From: Neodothiora populina
Taxonomy: Eukaryota
Reading direction: 5' to 3'
Length of the DNA: 64,000 nucleotides
NCBI RefSeq assembly: GCF_041146345.1
Contig: NW_027191414.1
Location: 868,001 to 932,000, forward strand
Shown here: positions 34,251 through 47,500 of the stretch, in pieces
Layout: each line of letters begins with the position of its first letter
How positions within the stretch are numbered: position 1 is the first letter of the stretch
Translations under genes and position numbers: made by a program
Notes under the pieces: model-generated
What the model saw: only the letters and a program-made list of their open reading frames with translations
The model's database searches: none
What the model was told of the DNA's origin: nothing

Positions 34251-35560
34251 ATGCCGCCACCTTCTTCAGTCGCACATCTACCGCCTACCCAACCGGCCGC
34301 ACGACAACGACCGAAGTCGCCAACCAACGTACTTGCAGAAGCCGACGGTCAATGGTTGTTCACGGAAGAGGAGCTGGCGCATACCCCGTCAATACAGGAT
34401 GGAATGCCTCCCGAGAAGGAGAAGGAAGTCCGCAGCAAAGGCATCAACTTCATCCGCCAGGTTGGCATCATGCTTAAACTACCTGAGTTGACCCTCTCTA
34501 CTGCCGCCATCTTCTTCAATCGATTCCTCATGCGCGTCAGTCTTGTCGACCGTGCTGGTGTCAAAGCTCTTCACCATTATGTATGTATCTGTCTCGACCC
34601 GCTGCTTCTTCCCTGAAAGACTCGCTCACCTCGCCCTGGTAGACCCTTGGCGCAACCGCCCTGTTCTTGGCCACTAAGGTCGAGGAGTCTTGTCGTAAAA
34701 TGAAGGACATCGTCATCGCATGCTGTCGCGTAGCCCAGAAAAATCCAAATTTGGTCGTCGACGAGCAATCGAGAGACTACTGGAAATGGCGCGACACCAT
34801 CCTTGCGAACGAAGACGTCCTGTTAGAAGTCCTTTGCTTCGATCTCACCATCGAGGCCCCGCACAAACAACTCTATGACATGCTCAAGTTCTACGGCGTC
34901 CATCACAACAAGCAGCTGAGGAACGCCGCCTGGGCTTTTGTTACAGACAGCAACCAGACACAGCTGTGCCTGCTCTGTCCAAGTCGAACCATTGCCGCGG
35001 CTGCGCTATACTGTGCCGCCCGCAACGCCAACATTGCTTTTCCGGACACTCGTGGCCTTCCTTGGTGGGAGGTGCAACACGTACGACTAAAGGACATGCT
35101 CAAAGCATGTAATTTCATGGTTGCCAATTACGAAAACTCCGCAGCCAAGACCGGTCCTGATGGCGGTCAGAGTATCTACGTAGGTCTATGCACGCCATTA
35201 CCGGGTCATGGCCAGATAGACGGCCAAGAGCTACCCTGGGAGAGGACGAGACTAAAATCGGCGCAGACTATAACCAGTCCAGCCGCACCTCTCTTGGATT
35301 ACGAGCGCAGTGGGAGGAACAGCGTCAGCAGTCAAGAGAGCAAGCGTCCGTTCGATTCCCAGAATGGGGAGGACCGCCCTGGCACAACTCTCTCGTCGGA
35401 ATCTAAGAGACGACGCATCTCTCCTCCAGCCGAGTCTCTCAATTCGCCATCCACGAGCGCCCCGCCCGCTTCCACATCCCAGCCGCGGCCGGCAGACACG
35501 AACAACAACAACGGATATGCGGGCGACGATGGAAGCGAAGAGGGAGAGGTGGAGGAGTGA
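34251..35560 (+). CDS. Transcriptional cyclin (cyclin K/T; Pch1/Bur2-like); intron 34581-34642
   Basis: QWLFTEEEL..TPS, cyclin box ALFLATKVEE and EDVLLEVLCFDL. Confidence 0.92.
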
Positions 35561-36021
35561 TTGATTTGATGAAGGCTGCGGTAGCTTCAACTGGGACGGA
35601 ATCTGCATCAAGCGACGGCGTCTGGGATTGGGCGGACATGGGTTAGGCGCATTTGTCCCCGTACACAGTGCAGGCGTTTATGGAACATGACTGAACACGA
35701 CAACCCACTTCCATGACGCTTCTGCAAAAAAAAAAACTTTATATATCCGCTGTACACTGTCTGTGGTAATGTAACATATCAAGAGGAAACAGGGGACTTT
35801 CATACTCTTTTAGGTGTGTCTTGGTCTTGATCTGTCACATTATGGTAGAAATGCCAAGACGAAATGGCTGACATAAGCTTTATGTGCTTTGTCTTGTGCC
35901 TATACCTTATACAGTACTAAAAAAAAAGTAGTTATAACATTTGTATCCCAAATAAAAGCAAGATTGTAATTACAAACGACCTCCTCGCGAAGAGTTGGCT
36001 GACACGCAAAACGTATTCAAT

Positions 36022-37396
36022 ATGGCCATCGAGGAAGCACATGCCATAAGGCGAATAAAGTAAGGATTGCATCTTCGACAATCACTACCGCCACTGCATA
36101 CTGCAAGTGGGAATATGAAGCAAATCGATATTTAAAGACCTGCGTTGAATCCCTTTCAACTAACGAGTCTGGATGTAGCCCATTAAGTCTGTTCGATGTA
36201 GCCAATTCCGAGAAGAGGCCTTTGTATGGTAAAACTTCCCTTTGACCTTTTTCTGTTCGGTTTCCCTTTTTCTGTCATCTCCGACTATTTCTTACATATT
36301 TGTGTCAGTGGCGGCGCCCATGGTCAGATATAGCAAACTGCCTTTCAGACTGCTAGTAAGAGATTACGGCGTCGATATCACGTATACGCCCATGATACTT
36401 GCTCACGAGTATGTTTTTTTCTGTTTTCTTATACTTTTCCTCTCGGGCCCCCCGATGACTTTACCCAACACAAGATTGTGCACGATTCTTACGCCCTGAT
36501 GCTACCCTTCAATACTCACATGTCACGAAAACTCCAGGTTCATCCGTCATCCCGTCGCACGAGCATCAGACTTCAGCACCTCCCCATCCGAAGGAGTCGT
36601 GATAGCGCAATTCGCCTCCAACGACCCGACAGAGTTCGGTCGAGCAGCAGAGATGATCAGCCCATGGGTGAACGGGGTCGACCTCAACTGCGGCTGCCCA
36701 CAGTCGTGGGCGTCCAAGGAAGGGCTGGGCTGCTCACTTATGGCCTCACGGGAGAAAGTCGCCGCAATGGTCAAGGAGGCCAAACGCCGCCTCAGCGGCA
36801 CAGGCAAGACCGTCAGCGTCAAGATCCGAGTGCACAAGGACGTGGAGGAGACGAAGAGGTTCGTGGCTTGCGTCGAGGAGGCGGGTGTGGATTTCATTAC
36901 TGTGCATGGCCGCACGCGCAATCAGCGCTCGTCTACTCCGCCTGATTATGATGCTATCAAAGTAGTGAGGGACTCGACTAAGCTGCCCATGCTGGCCAAT
37001 GGCGATGTATACTCTCTTGCGGACGCGCATGAAATTACGCGCAGGACTGGTGCCGATGGCGTCATGGCCGCGCGTGGACTGCTGGTCAATCCGACGTTGT
37101 TTGCAGGACACGAGCGGACACCCAGAGAAGCCGTTGCGACATTCATGGACTACGCGAGCGCGAGTGGGTTGAGGATAGGTTCGTCTTCCCTCTTTCTCTT
37201 TTCACTTCCACCTTCCGCCCTCAAAAAGCTAACGAGCATATCAGAACTGGTAATCCACCATCTCAGCGAAATGATGGCTGGCTTCTCCACCCGCAAGGAG
37301 CGCATGAAACTCACTCAGTGCAACGATATGGTCGATCTGACGGATCTGTTGGAAGACCATTGGCAGATTGTCCCAATCGCTGCTGCCAGTGCCTGA
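36022..37396 (+). CDS. DUS4: tRNA-dihydrouridine(20a/20b) synthase (5 exons)
   Basis: AAPMVRYSKLPFR, DLNCGCPQ, TVHGRT, ANGD and GVMAARG motifs. Upstream exons from ATG 36022 join in frame. Confidence 0.88.
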
Positions 37397-38385
37397 GACC
37401 AGCATTGTGTCTCAGAGGCAATGATAGCAGCAGTAGATGACTTCACCGTTCACAATCGCATTCTACCATCACTAGATGTCCGTCTCGATGTCCATCTCGA
37501 TCATCTGCTCACGAGTGGACCGTAGAGGCGAGCAACGGACTCGATGTCCAAGTCTCCCACGCATTCCCGACTAGTCCAAACACCGAAACGATCCACAACG
37601 CTCTCGTACACTCACCAACCACTCAGGCAAGCAAAAAACACCCGTCAACGACCCTCACACACTGCTATAAAAGCCAGCGACTCCGCCGCTATCGCTCCGG
37701 AAGCAAGACTTGAGCGAACCTCCATCCCACCTCGACAAGGATCCGAAACAACAACTCTTCTGCCAAGAGGCCTAGACTCGTCACGTAGGCGAAAGAATCC
37801 ATTCGCCAATATGTGCAGCACAGCGAAGAATAGTATAGGACCGACCGGTGCAGTGCGATAGCGGTAGTCTCAAGGGGTCGCCCTGCCCGATGTCGACGAA
37901 GTCCCGCCCTTGGTTTTGCTATGCACCTTTCCGCCTCTCTGATCTCGCTTCACTTGACCAGTCCAATGTTGTCGCTGTTCTACTCCACAGAATGGAATCG
38001 AGCTCGACGAAGGCTTGAACTGGATGGTTGATTGGTTGAGTCACTTGATTCGTGTGTGCTTTCGCTTTTGAATGTGAAGAAAGCACAGGCGGAGGAAAAG
38101 GAGAAGGAAGGATATACTTCGTTCCTTTTGCAAAGAACAAAATATGTGTTGATTGCCTGGTTGTTGTACTACTATATTTACCCCCCGTTAGCTCTAACGT
38201 AGCCGAGCGGCGGAAATTGCTGCTGGCATGGAGAAGGTCGCGGCATAGTGTCACGAAGCAGTTCTCTGTTCTTTGTTTGGCTATTTCAGCGTGCGAAGAT
38301 ACAGAAAGATTGCTTTTTTCTGATGTACGTAACGGATAGTTTCAATCGCATCCGTCCTTAGAGTGATGTCGCATACATTCATCTC

Positions 38386-40425
38386 CTAGCACTTGAGGTT
38401 GATCCCCTTCCTCTTCTCACTCTCGCGCACCTCGAACATGACCTGCACGCCCACGAACAGCGTGGCGCAAGCGGCGAGAACGAAAAATCCTCCGCCCCAG
38501 CTTCCCACGATGCCCCTGACCAAGTTCTTCGTCCCTTCAGTACCGATCGCGAATCCAATCAGGTTGGCGACCATCATCATCATGATATTGCCCACTGCGC
38601 CGACGCCACACAGCATACGATAGGCCTCAGGTCTGTCCTTCCATTTTTTGGCAGGAAACGCTAGAGTGCACATGACTTCCGGCAGGACGAAAAACACAAT
38701 GAGCCAGCTCCAGACCAGGAGTTGGCCTGAGATGTCGTGCCACAGGGCGACGAAGGTGAAGACTACGAGGAGATTCGCGATTACGCGGACTTGGCTCTGG
38801 CCGCTGCCACCGATGGGCACGTAGACGTAGCGGATCAGCCAGCGGTTGAAGCTGCGGTGCCAGGCTCTCCAGAAGGCTAGAGCCGAGTAGTTGTCGCTCA
38901 TGCACCTGATCATGTTTTCTGGGGGGTCGATGCCGTCTAGTAGACTCCACAGGCGGAATAGCCGCCAGGGTATCAATAGCTTCAGCCAGATGTGATGAAG
39001 GTAGAAGTAGCCCAGCATGCTTAATTGCATGGGGCTATATTGCCGCCAGTCTGGGTTCGAGTTGCTAATCGCCACTGCATACAAGTAGTGTTGCATGACC
39101 TCCATTGTCAAAAGACATACGAGGAAGCGAACGCCATAGAGCAATGTGCGCTTGAGGTCAACAGAAGCCAGGGAACAGCGTGACTGCGAGATGTAGTCGT
39201 TGAAAGTGAGAATGGGTCCGGCGAGGTACAGTGGGGAATACAAAGTGTACGCCAGGTACTTGCGAAACGTGTAGTCAGCAGGTTTTGCGGAGATTGTCAC
39301 GCGATCTCTCTCGGACAAGTTGGCAGGATCAAGTTGTTTCTTCTTATGCAAGTTAGCTAGCCTGTGTTGAGCATGAATAGGCGTGAATTTCCTTACCTCG
39401 ATCGAATCAGATCCAGTCTGTTTCAAGCTCCAATAGTAGTCAAGATTGAAACTGATCAGTCTCAATACGGAAATGTTGAAGAGAATCTCCCATCGTCCTA
39501 CGAGGCCCTTAAAGCTGTCTATCGATTCCGCGAGCTGCACGAGTGAGGAACCGGGAGCCACAGACATTGCAATGTTTGCCAGTGGATAGCCATTGTACAG
39601 CTTGTTCGTGAACAATATGCTCATGTTGAATATCCAGGTGGCAGCTGGGACGTAGGACCTTGGCAGCTTTGTGGCAATTTTGTAGTTTAGATACACGATG
39701 GCATACACCTTCAGCGCAGAAACGCCGTACAGTGCCACCAGATAGACAGCAGCGAAGCCAACGTCAAATGAGACACGGTGTTCCAGTCGAGCATCTGCTG
39801 CGGCAGAAGGGCTCAAGCCCATGGTCAAGCCGGTATTCCGAGATCGACCTGATGGTACCCGTGTGTAGGAGTCAATTCTCCAGAACTTGTTGTAAGCCCG
39901 ACGCAACACGGGGTGCAGTACCGTGAGCAAGAGCATATACGGCATATTGTCACGGACGCTTGAGTATTGGCCATCCGAGTTGTCCTGCTTTGATCAGACA
40001 AGGAATGGGAGATCTACAGAGGTGCACTACTAACGACTTTGCGGCCGGGTATCCAACCATCAGACAGCAAGTGAGAGTACTTGGGGTAGTTTGGATGTGA
40101 CTCTGACAGATCTTAGTAAAAGTTGATGGCAGACATGACACAGCACAAATGTACCCTTGGAAACATCATATACTGATTTGGCCATTACGAATGGAATAGT
40201 GAGAAAGCAAAGATAGTAGAAATAAAATTCTTTGGTGTTCCATTTCGACGGCTGAGCATTCGATGCAGTAGTGTTTTTACCATTCTGCAATGCTTGTTGT
40301 GCAGGTGATTTGGTTCCTTCAATGCTCGCCTCTGACGTCCGTGACGGAGTGTTGGAAGAGGTGGTCAAACGCGCATCAAGTGTGTCCAGGGAGTAGATAC
40401 TCCGGACTGTCTCGAAGAATGTCAT
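38386..40425 (-). CDS. GUP1: MBOAT O-acyltransferase, glycerol uptake protein 1 (4 exons)
   Basis: [32 protein letters not shown] and FVALWHD motifs. Ends GINLKC. Confidence 0.93.
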
Positions 40426-40841
40426 GTTTGCTACCGAGACATGTCAAACCCAGGCGAAGGAACGGATTCAAATGAATCTACAAGTGTAGCAGAGCAAGAA
40501 ATGTAATATGATGCAGTAGAAATGGTCGAGGAGATGTGGCTTACCATTACCTTACATTTACAGTTACCATAATTTGAAGGGGGTAAGGTAGCGCACAAAC
40601 GCGTCAAACACGAAAGGGAAGGCCCTCGGCTTGGCGCGAATTTGGGGAAGTTCAGATCAGAGCTTCACGTTCATGCGGGCGAGCGAGAGGCACGTCCTTT
40701 CTTCCCTCTATCAATATATCCACATTCATAAACACGCGATATCGACAAACCCTGGTCTTATAATCAAACAACAATTGCGGCATCGTGGTCGCGTAAAAGT
40801 CTTCTCCGGTGATTGTAACTCTGAGAGAAACCTACGACACA

Positions 40842-42503
40842 ATGAACTCGTACACGGCCCCTGCGGCCAATGAGTACGGTGGTGGTACGACATGAACATC
40901 GAATGTGACCAGCACAGAGTTGTCAATTAACGAGGGTAACAGACGAAATTAACGCGCTTGTACTCGATCCCGGTTCATATTCCGTCCGCGCAGGCTTTGC
41001 AGGTGAAGACGCGCCGAAATCAGTCGTCCCTTCATTCTATGGAGTGTCCCAGGCACCCGACTCACCACAGTACCTCTTCGGGGATAATGCGATACACAAC
41101 CCGAATGCCGGAATGGACATTCGAAACCCGTTTAATTCAGAAAGCATTGTCGAGGACTGGGACGTAGCATCTAAGCTCTTCGAGTACAGCATCACATCGC
41201 GTCTGACCGGTGTGCGACAAAGCTCGCCGAGCAAGAACGGTCTGAACAACGATCCGAAGGAAGACGGCGGTGCAGAGGGTGATGGCGACGGTGATGTCGC
41301 CATGGACGGCACAGAGGAAGTAGAGAAGCCCATGGCCGAGCACCCATTGCTCATGACCGAACCGGCGTGGAACCCCGCCAAGGCACGCGCAAAGGCAATG
41401 GAGATTGCGATAGAGGACTGGGGCGTACCTGCCTTCTGGATGGGCAAGACTGGCATGCTGGCTGCGTAGGTGGGGACGGTCAAGGGTGGAGCGATAGATG
41501 CAGCTAACGCGGAACAACAGGTTCGCATCGGGCAAGCCCAATGCGCTGGTCGTCGACATTGGCGCAAACATGGTCTCAGTCACGCCCATTTCCGACGGAT
41601 TTGTGCTAAAGAAGGGTAAACCAGGAGAACGATCCCAAAGGCATAAGCTGAGACTGACAGCGAACACCAGGCATTCAAAAGTCACATCTAGCAGGCAACT
41701 TCATCTCGCAGCAGCTACGATTACAGTTCTCGCAAATGACACCGACCGTGCCACTGGTACCGCACTACATGATCAAATCGAAGCAACCCGTCGACGCAGG
41801 CCAGCCCTCAAACGCCGTGTTTGCAAAGTTCGACACTCCACCGACCGACTCGTTCCGCCTAAACGAAGAAGAACGCGTCTTCACCTCGTTTAAGGAGTCC
41901 ATGGTGCAAGTATGGCAAGGCCCCGGAAAGCTCGAGACGACAGACTCAATGGGCAACCAACCCAACGTTGAAGCGGCCAAAGCCCTGCCGCCGCGCCCCT
42001 TCGAGATGCCCGACGGCTGGAACCAAGTCTTCGGCATCGAACGCTTCAAAGTGGCAGAAGGCCTCTTCGACGCCAAATCCGCGCTCACGGACGCCGAGCA
42101 CCCAGTCCCAGACCAGAAGCAGACGTTGGCGCAGCTGGTCAACGCCAGTCTCAACGCCGTCGACATGGAGATCCGCCCGACGCTGCTGAGCAACATCGTG
42201 CTGACGGGTGGCGGCAGTCAGATCGAGAAGCTCGCCGACAGACTGCACTCCGAGCTGTCGCAGATGTTCCCGAACCCACGAGTCAGAGTGCACGCCAGCA
42301 ACATCTCGACGGATAGGAAATACGGCGCTTGGCTGGGTGGCAGTATCCTGGCCAGTCTGGGCACGTTCCACCAGGTGAGCTTTAAACACGCAAACAAAAA
42401 TGTATAGATCAGGACATGGCTAATGTGAGTGCTACAGATGTGGATATCGAAGAAGGAATACGAGGAACACGGCTCGTCCATTGTGGAGAAGAGATGCAAG
42501 TAG
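40842..42503 (+). CDS. ARP4: Nuclear actin-related protein 4 (5 exons)
   Basis: [68 protein letters not shown]. Confidence 0.93.
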
Positions 42504-42858
42504 AGCACTTTTCTGTCCTGTACTCGGACTTGTTTGTCCTCGTCGTCCAAATGTGGCGAAGAGCAACAGACTCAGGATGTTATGGTCAGAAGCCCGTCTT
42601 CTTTCGAATGAGGAGAACGATCACCAGGATGGAAACAAAAAACAAAGAAAAGATAGGGGCATCAGGGAACGATCACAACTCGATAGATGAACGGCAAGCA
42701 AGGAAAGAATAGTGGTCTTTTATCTGTAGCTTTAATTTCCTCATTAAAATAAAGTTCATCCCCCTTGGTATTTGTAGACGTGAACGAAGCTTCGGTCGAC
42801 CTAATGGTACAGAAAGTTGTGTGGGTTGATGTGTTTCGTCATGCCGGCATGGCTTCTT

Positions 42859-42904
42859 CTTGCTCTTGCTCTTGCTCTTGCTCTTGCTCTTGCTCTTGCT
42901 CTTG
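42859..42904. repeat. (CTTGCT)n microsatellite directly after the PUP1 stop codon
   Basis: Tandem hexamer visible in sequence. Confidence 0.9.
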
Positions 42905-42905
42905 T

Positions 42906-43800
42906 TCAGGGATCCACCTCCATCTTCTCGGCGGCGGCGCCCTCGCTGTCGTCGGCGACTTCGTGGACGGTGACGTACTTGCTGATGTCCTCGCGGGTGA
43001 TGATCTTCTCGTTGAGCACGGCGGTGGTGCCGCGCTGGAACTTGTAGTCGCGCTCCTTCCTGGCGCGCACGTTGGGGGTCTTGAAATTGCGCATCAGCGT
43101 GGTCTTGTCCTTTGTGATGACGCAGACGTCGACGTTGCTGCCAGACCCCAAGTCGTTCCAGATACCGGCCTCGATGGCGTCGGAGCATAATTGGACGGCT
43201 TCCTCCTTGGTCATCATCTTCTTCCACTGCGTCTCGAAGACGGACATGGCGGCCAGCGAACCCGATCCCATGGTGACATAGGGCAGCTTGTCCGTGCTGC
43301 CGTGGGCGTGGACGGTGAAGAGATGGCTGCCGGTGGGATCGCAGCCGGCGACGACGAGGTATGCGCCAATGTGACCCTGGTAGCGGAAGAGATGTTGCTT
43401 GAGCATGGTCATGACGGTGGCGACGCGCGGTTTCCGGCCAGTCGACAGGGCGTGAAGCTCGATGTTGGATGAGATGAGGGCGGTGGTGAATTCCGTGTCG
43501 GCAGCGGTGCCGGCACCAGCGCACCAGATTTGAGGGGAGATGTAATGCAGCTTCTCGCAGTTCTGTAGTAGTAGTAGAAGGATGAGTAAATGACCATGGT
43601 GGAGGAGTAAATGAATGGATGCGTACCTTGTCTGCTACAATGGGGCCGCTGGTGGCTCTGGTATCGGCGGCGATGACAACTCCTCCATCATAGATGCATC
43701 CGACAATGGTGGTTCCGGTGCTGGTGGCCTTTGGTAGCGGGACCCCTTGAGCGTGGAGGGCGAGGTTTCGGTTGTGGTTTGAGAAGTCGAAGCCAGGCAT
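42906..43800 (-). CDS. PUP1: 20S proteasome subunit beta-2; intron 43626-43563
   Basis: Propeptide ..ATSTG followed by TTIVG catalytic Thr, [15 protein letters not shown] and [10 protein letters not shown]. Confidence 0.96.
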
Positions 43801-44598
43801 AGTGGCGGTGGTTTATGTGGTGTGTATTGGTAGAGCAGGGTCTCTGGAGGAGGGTGTTGATGATGTGCCGAGGGTGTGAGTGGGTATGGTTCGTGTTGTA
43901 TATGGGTGATGATGGGTAGACGGAGAGGAGTGTCGAATGTGAGGTATTGATTGATTGTGTTGATGACGCCGCGTTGCTGGTGCCTGGCTGGATGGATACC
44001 TAAGGTACTGTACACGTGCTCTCTGTTAGACTTGTAGACAGAGCGAGTGATGCTGCTACTGACTGCTGCGTGCTTGAGCTTGGACCTGCGAGTACAGATG
44101 TCGGCATTGCTTGTTACTTTACTCCGATGCTCACTATTTGTACCTTTGTACAAAGGTAAGGTACTTGTAGAGACAAAGAGCAAAAGCTGGGGAAGCGGAA
44201 GAGGAAGGTGCCAATAATCAGATCGTCAGTGCCTGGCAGGTGCAAGTGCAAACAGGCAGGAAGTGCCTACAATAAGGTAGAGCTTCATTCGCCATGCAGC
44301 TTGAGAAATATTTATTATATCATTGTTATTGCCTGTAATCAGCAGCTCTCATCGCGAGAACTTGTCTCCATTTCAACCTCTTCTGTTGACATCACAGCAT
44401 CACATCGCATCACTCATACACACCCACACACGCTTATATCGCACGTGTCTACCAACAAATAAATCCTACTTTCGTCAATCACAGAACCAAACACACACAC
44501 ATGCGAGTCGCGCACAACAACTAGCTAGAGTCGGACTGCGCCTGGCACTTCTGGACCAAGACACCTCGAGGTCAGAACTCTAGACACTTCACTCCACC

Positions 44599-47500
44599 AT
44601 GTCTGGCTGGAACTTCCAGAATGCCGCTGCTGCTGCTCCCACCGAGCAGGGCCCTGTTGCTGGCCCAGAAGTAGAAGAGATTACTACTAGTGTATGTATA
44701 CAAACTGTTACTGACGCTCCAGACCATGAACGGCTGCTGATCGTGCCACAGTCGCTTGGATTCCAAGCAATCGCTGGCGAAACCAAACTCAAACTATTAC
44801 CGAATCCCTGGCCCGAGGACCAATTACCACCACCCACAGCCTCTCTGCTGAGCATTGCTTCAAAAAAGGGCTTGGTAGCAGCCGCAGGCCCGGATTCGCT
44901 GGTTATAGCATCGACGGAAGCTGTGCGCAAGGGCTACCGCTCAGACACGCCGCCCGACGACAATGTTCAGCCTTTCTCTCCTCAGACTACCATTTCTATC
45001 CCGCGAGTCTCCCAGGTCGCCTTCTCTTCGGACGAGTCTTGTCTCGTCATCACCGCTGAAGCGGGCGGTGGCTTCAACGTCTACGATGTCGACGCTCTGC
45101 TGCAAGGAAGCCAGGCATCTGCCTTTCAGATGGCCACAAACAACACCTCCATCCGCGCCTTGTTACCCAATCCCGCCCCAGAATTCGCTCACCTATACGC
45201 CGTTGTTCTAGACGATGGAAAGCTCATGGTCGCCAATCTCAAGGACAGGCAGTTCACCAGTGTGTTCAGAGAGGGTGTCAGCTGCGTATCATGGAGTGCC
45301 AGAGGGAAACAGTTGGTCGCGGGTTTGCAAGACGGCACCGCTGCCCAGTACGATCCCCAGGGAGCCATCAAGGCCGAGATCCCCAGGCCGCCTCAGATGA
45401 ACAACATTCCCATGACCTCGATTTACTGGGTCAGCAATGACGACTTCTTTACCGTTCACACGCCCACTTCGGGAGACGACACCGACTCCGTGTACCACAT
45501 AATACAGCGCGGCAAGGGCCCTCGTGATCAGTCGACCGGCCAAGTATCCGTCAGTTTCACCGCCAGAAGACTTGTCATCGATCCGTGTCCTGCCTTTGGC
45601 ATGCCTCGCACTCCAGCCCATCACTTCATATCACGACTAAGGCAATTTGCCCCCAGCCTCGATGAGATGCTCATCATGGCCTCAACCGCCGCGGTTGACA
45701 TTGGAATCATCACCAAAGCCTCGACTTCGCTTGCCTACGACGACATGCCTCAAGAAAAGACTGTCGACACTTTCACCATCACTGGCATGCTGGACGATAC
45801 GAGGCGCGCCCAGATGCCTATGAGCGCAGGAGATGCCATGGGCGACACCTCTCCCATCGGCATGGCTGTCGATCTTTCTTGCAAGGAGAACGTCGTCAAG
45901 CCCATACCACAGGAGGAGATAGACGAGTCTTCCACCCCTGTTCCAGCCCTGATGGTGTTGAATAATGAGGGTTTGCTATGTACATGGTGGATCATCTACG
46001 ATGCCTCCATCCGCCAGGGGACCGCCTACCCAGGTCTAGTCGCCGCATCTTCAGATGCTGCTCCCGCTGCTCAGCCGACACCTCAGCAGCCACCATCAGT
46101 GGGTGCAACGCCGTCCACAGGTTTCGGCGCGTTTGCTTCTGCCAAACCGTCGTTCGGTTCGAGTGGCTTCGGGAAGCCAGCCGCCCCAGCGTTTGGCTCT
46201 CCCTCGACCCCAGGTGGATTCGGAGGGGCTAGCAGCATTGGAGCCAAAACTTCACCGTGGTCGTCTGCTGCTCCTGCTGGCGGGGCTGCTTCAGCATTCG
46301 GAAAGCCAGCCTTCGGCTCCACGACTTCTTTCGGCAACACGAGCGGAGCTGGTGGTGCTTTCGGGTCTGCCAGCGCCATTGGCAACGCGAAATCACCATG
46401 GGGGGCTAGCACCTCCGCTACGAGCGGTCCAACTTTTGGACAAGCTTCTACTCCTTTTGGGGCAGCTTCTACGACTTCAGGCGCATCTGGTTTTGCTGCG
46501 CTCACTGCGAATGCGCCGGAAAAGCCTGCGTTTGCGAGTGGTGATAGCAAGCCAGCTCCCAAGTCTCCTTTCACGAGTTTCGGTAACGACAGTCAGTCTA
46601 AAACTTCACCTTTTGGGACCGTTGCTGCGGCTGGTGACAAGAACCCGTCGCCTTTCGGATCCTTCGGACAGAAAACGACTGAGAAGGCAGACACCACTCC
46701 TCAGCCCAGCTTCGGATCCACCGTGACCCTACCCTCGACTACCGGTGGCTCTTTCGGTGCCGCCTCGACGATAGGCGCAAAGCCTTCGCCGTGGGCATCA
46801 CCAGCCGCCGTGGAAAGTCCCGCTGCCCCTTCGAAGGAGGAAGACATATCCGACGATGACGACGATGATGCTGGTAAATCCAGTCAAGAGACTGCCAGAC
46901 CCGAGGAATCGAAACCTGCGTTTGGACAGCCATCTGAACCAGCTAGCCAGTCGCCTTTCGCTCAGTTCGCCACCGACAAGGGTAAGCCTTCGGCTTTCGG
47001 CCAGCCATCAAACACTGCAGATGCATCGAAACCGTCGCCATTTGCTCAGGTGAGTAAGCCATCCATCTTTGGCCAGCCGTCAGGCAAAACGGCGGACACG
47101 AAATCACCCTTTGCTCAGGTGGGAAGCAACCAACCTGGCACATCATTATTCAGCAAACCCTCTGATAAGTCCACAACATCTATTTTCGGTCAGCCGTCGA
47201 GTAAGCCAGCACAGTCACCCTTTGGAAATAAATCTCAAAGCCCATCTGGTATTCCTAAATTCTCGGGTTTCAAACTCGGTTCTACATTCAAGAAAGATGA
47301 TAGCGCCAGCGACGATCAACCCGCGTCTAAAGGCTCGGGCGACGGACTGTTCGGTTCCGCATTTGGTAAAACCCTTGGCGAGGCTGCTAAGGAAACCCCG
47401 AAGGAGCCTGAGACGCCTATCAGAGAGTCCGAGGCGGACAAGACCAAGACTGATGCTGTATCAACCACGCCTGCCTCGCCTCCTAAAGGGAAAGACGAGA

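Noticed and set aside
37660..37980. SRP RNA, RNase P/MRP or U3 identity for the structured segment
   Set aside because: GCAGTGCGATAGCG recalls SRP helix 5, but there is no helix-8 AGG..GAAA..AGCA motif and no properly spaced Alu element. P/MRP and U3 boxes were not seen.
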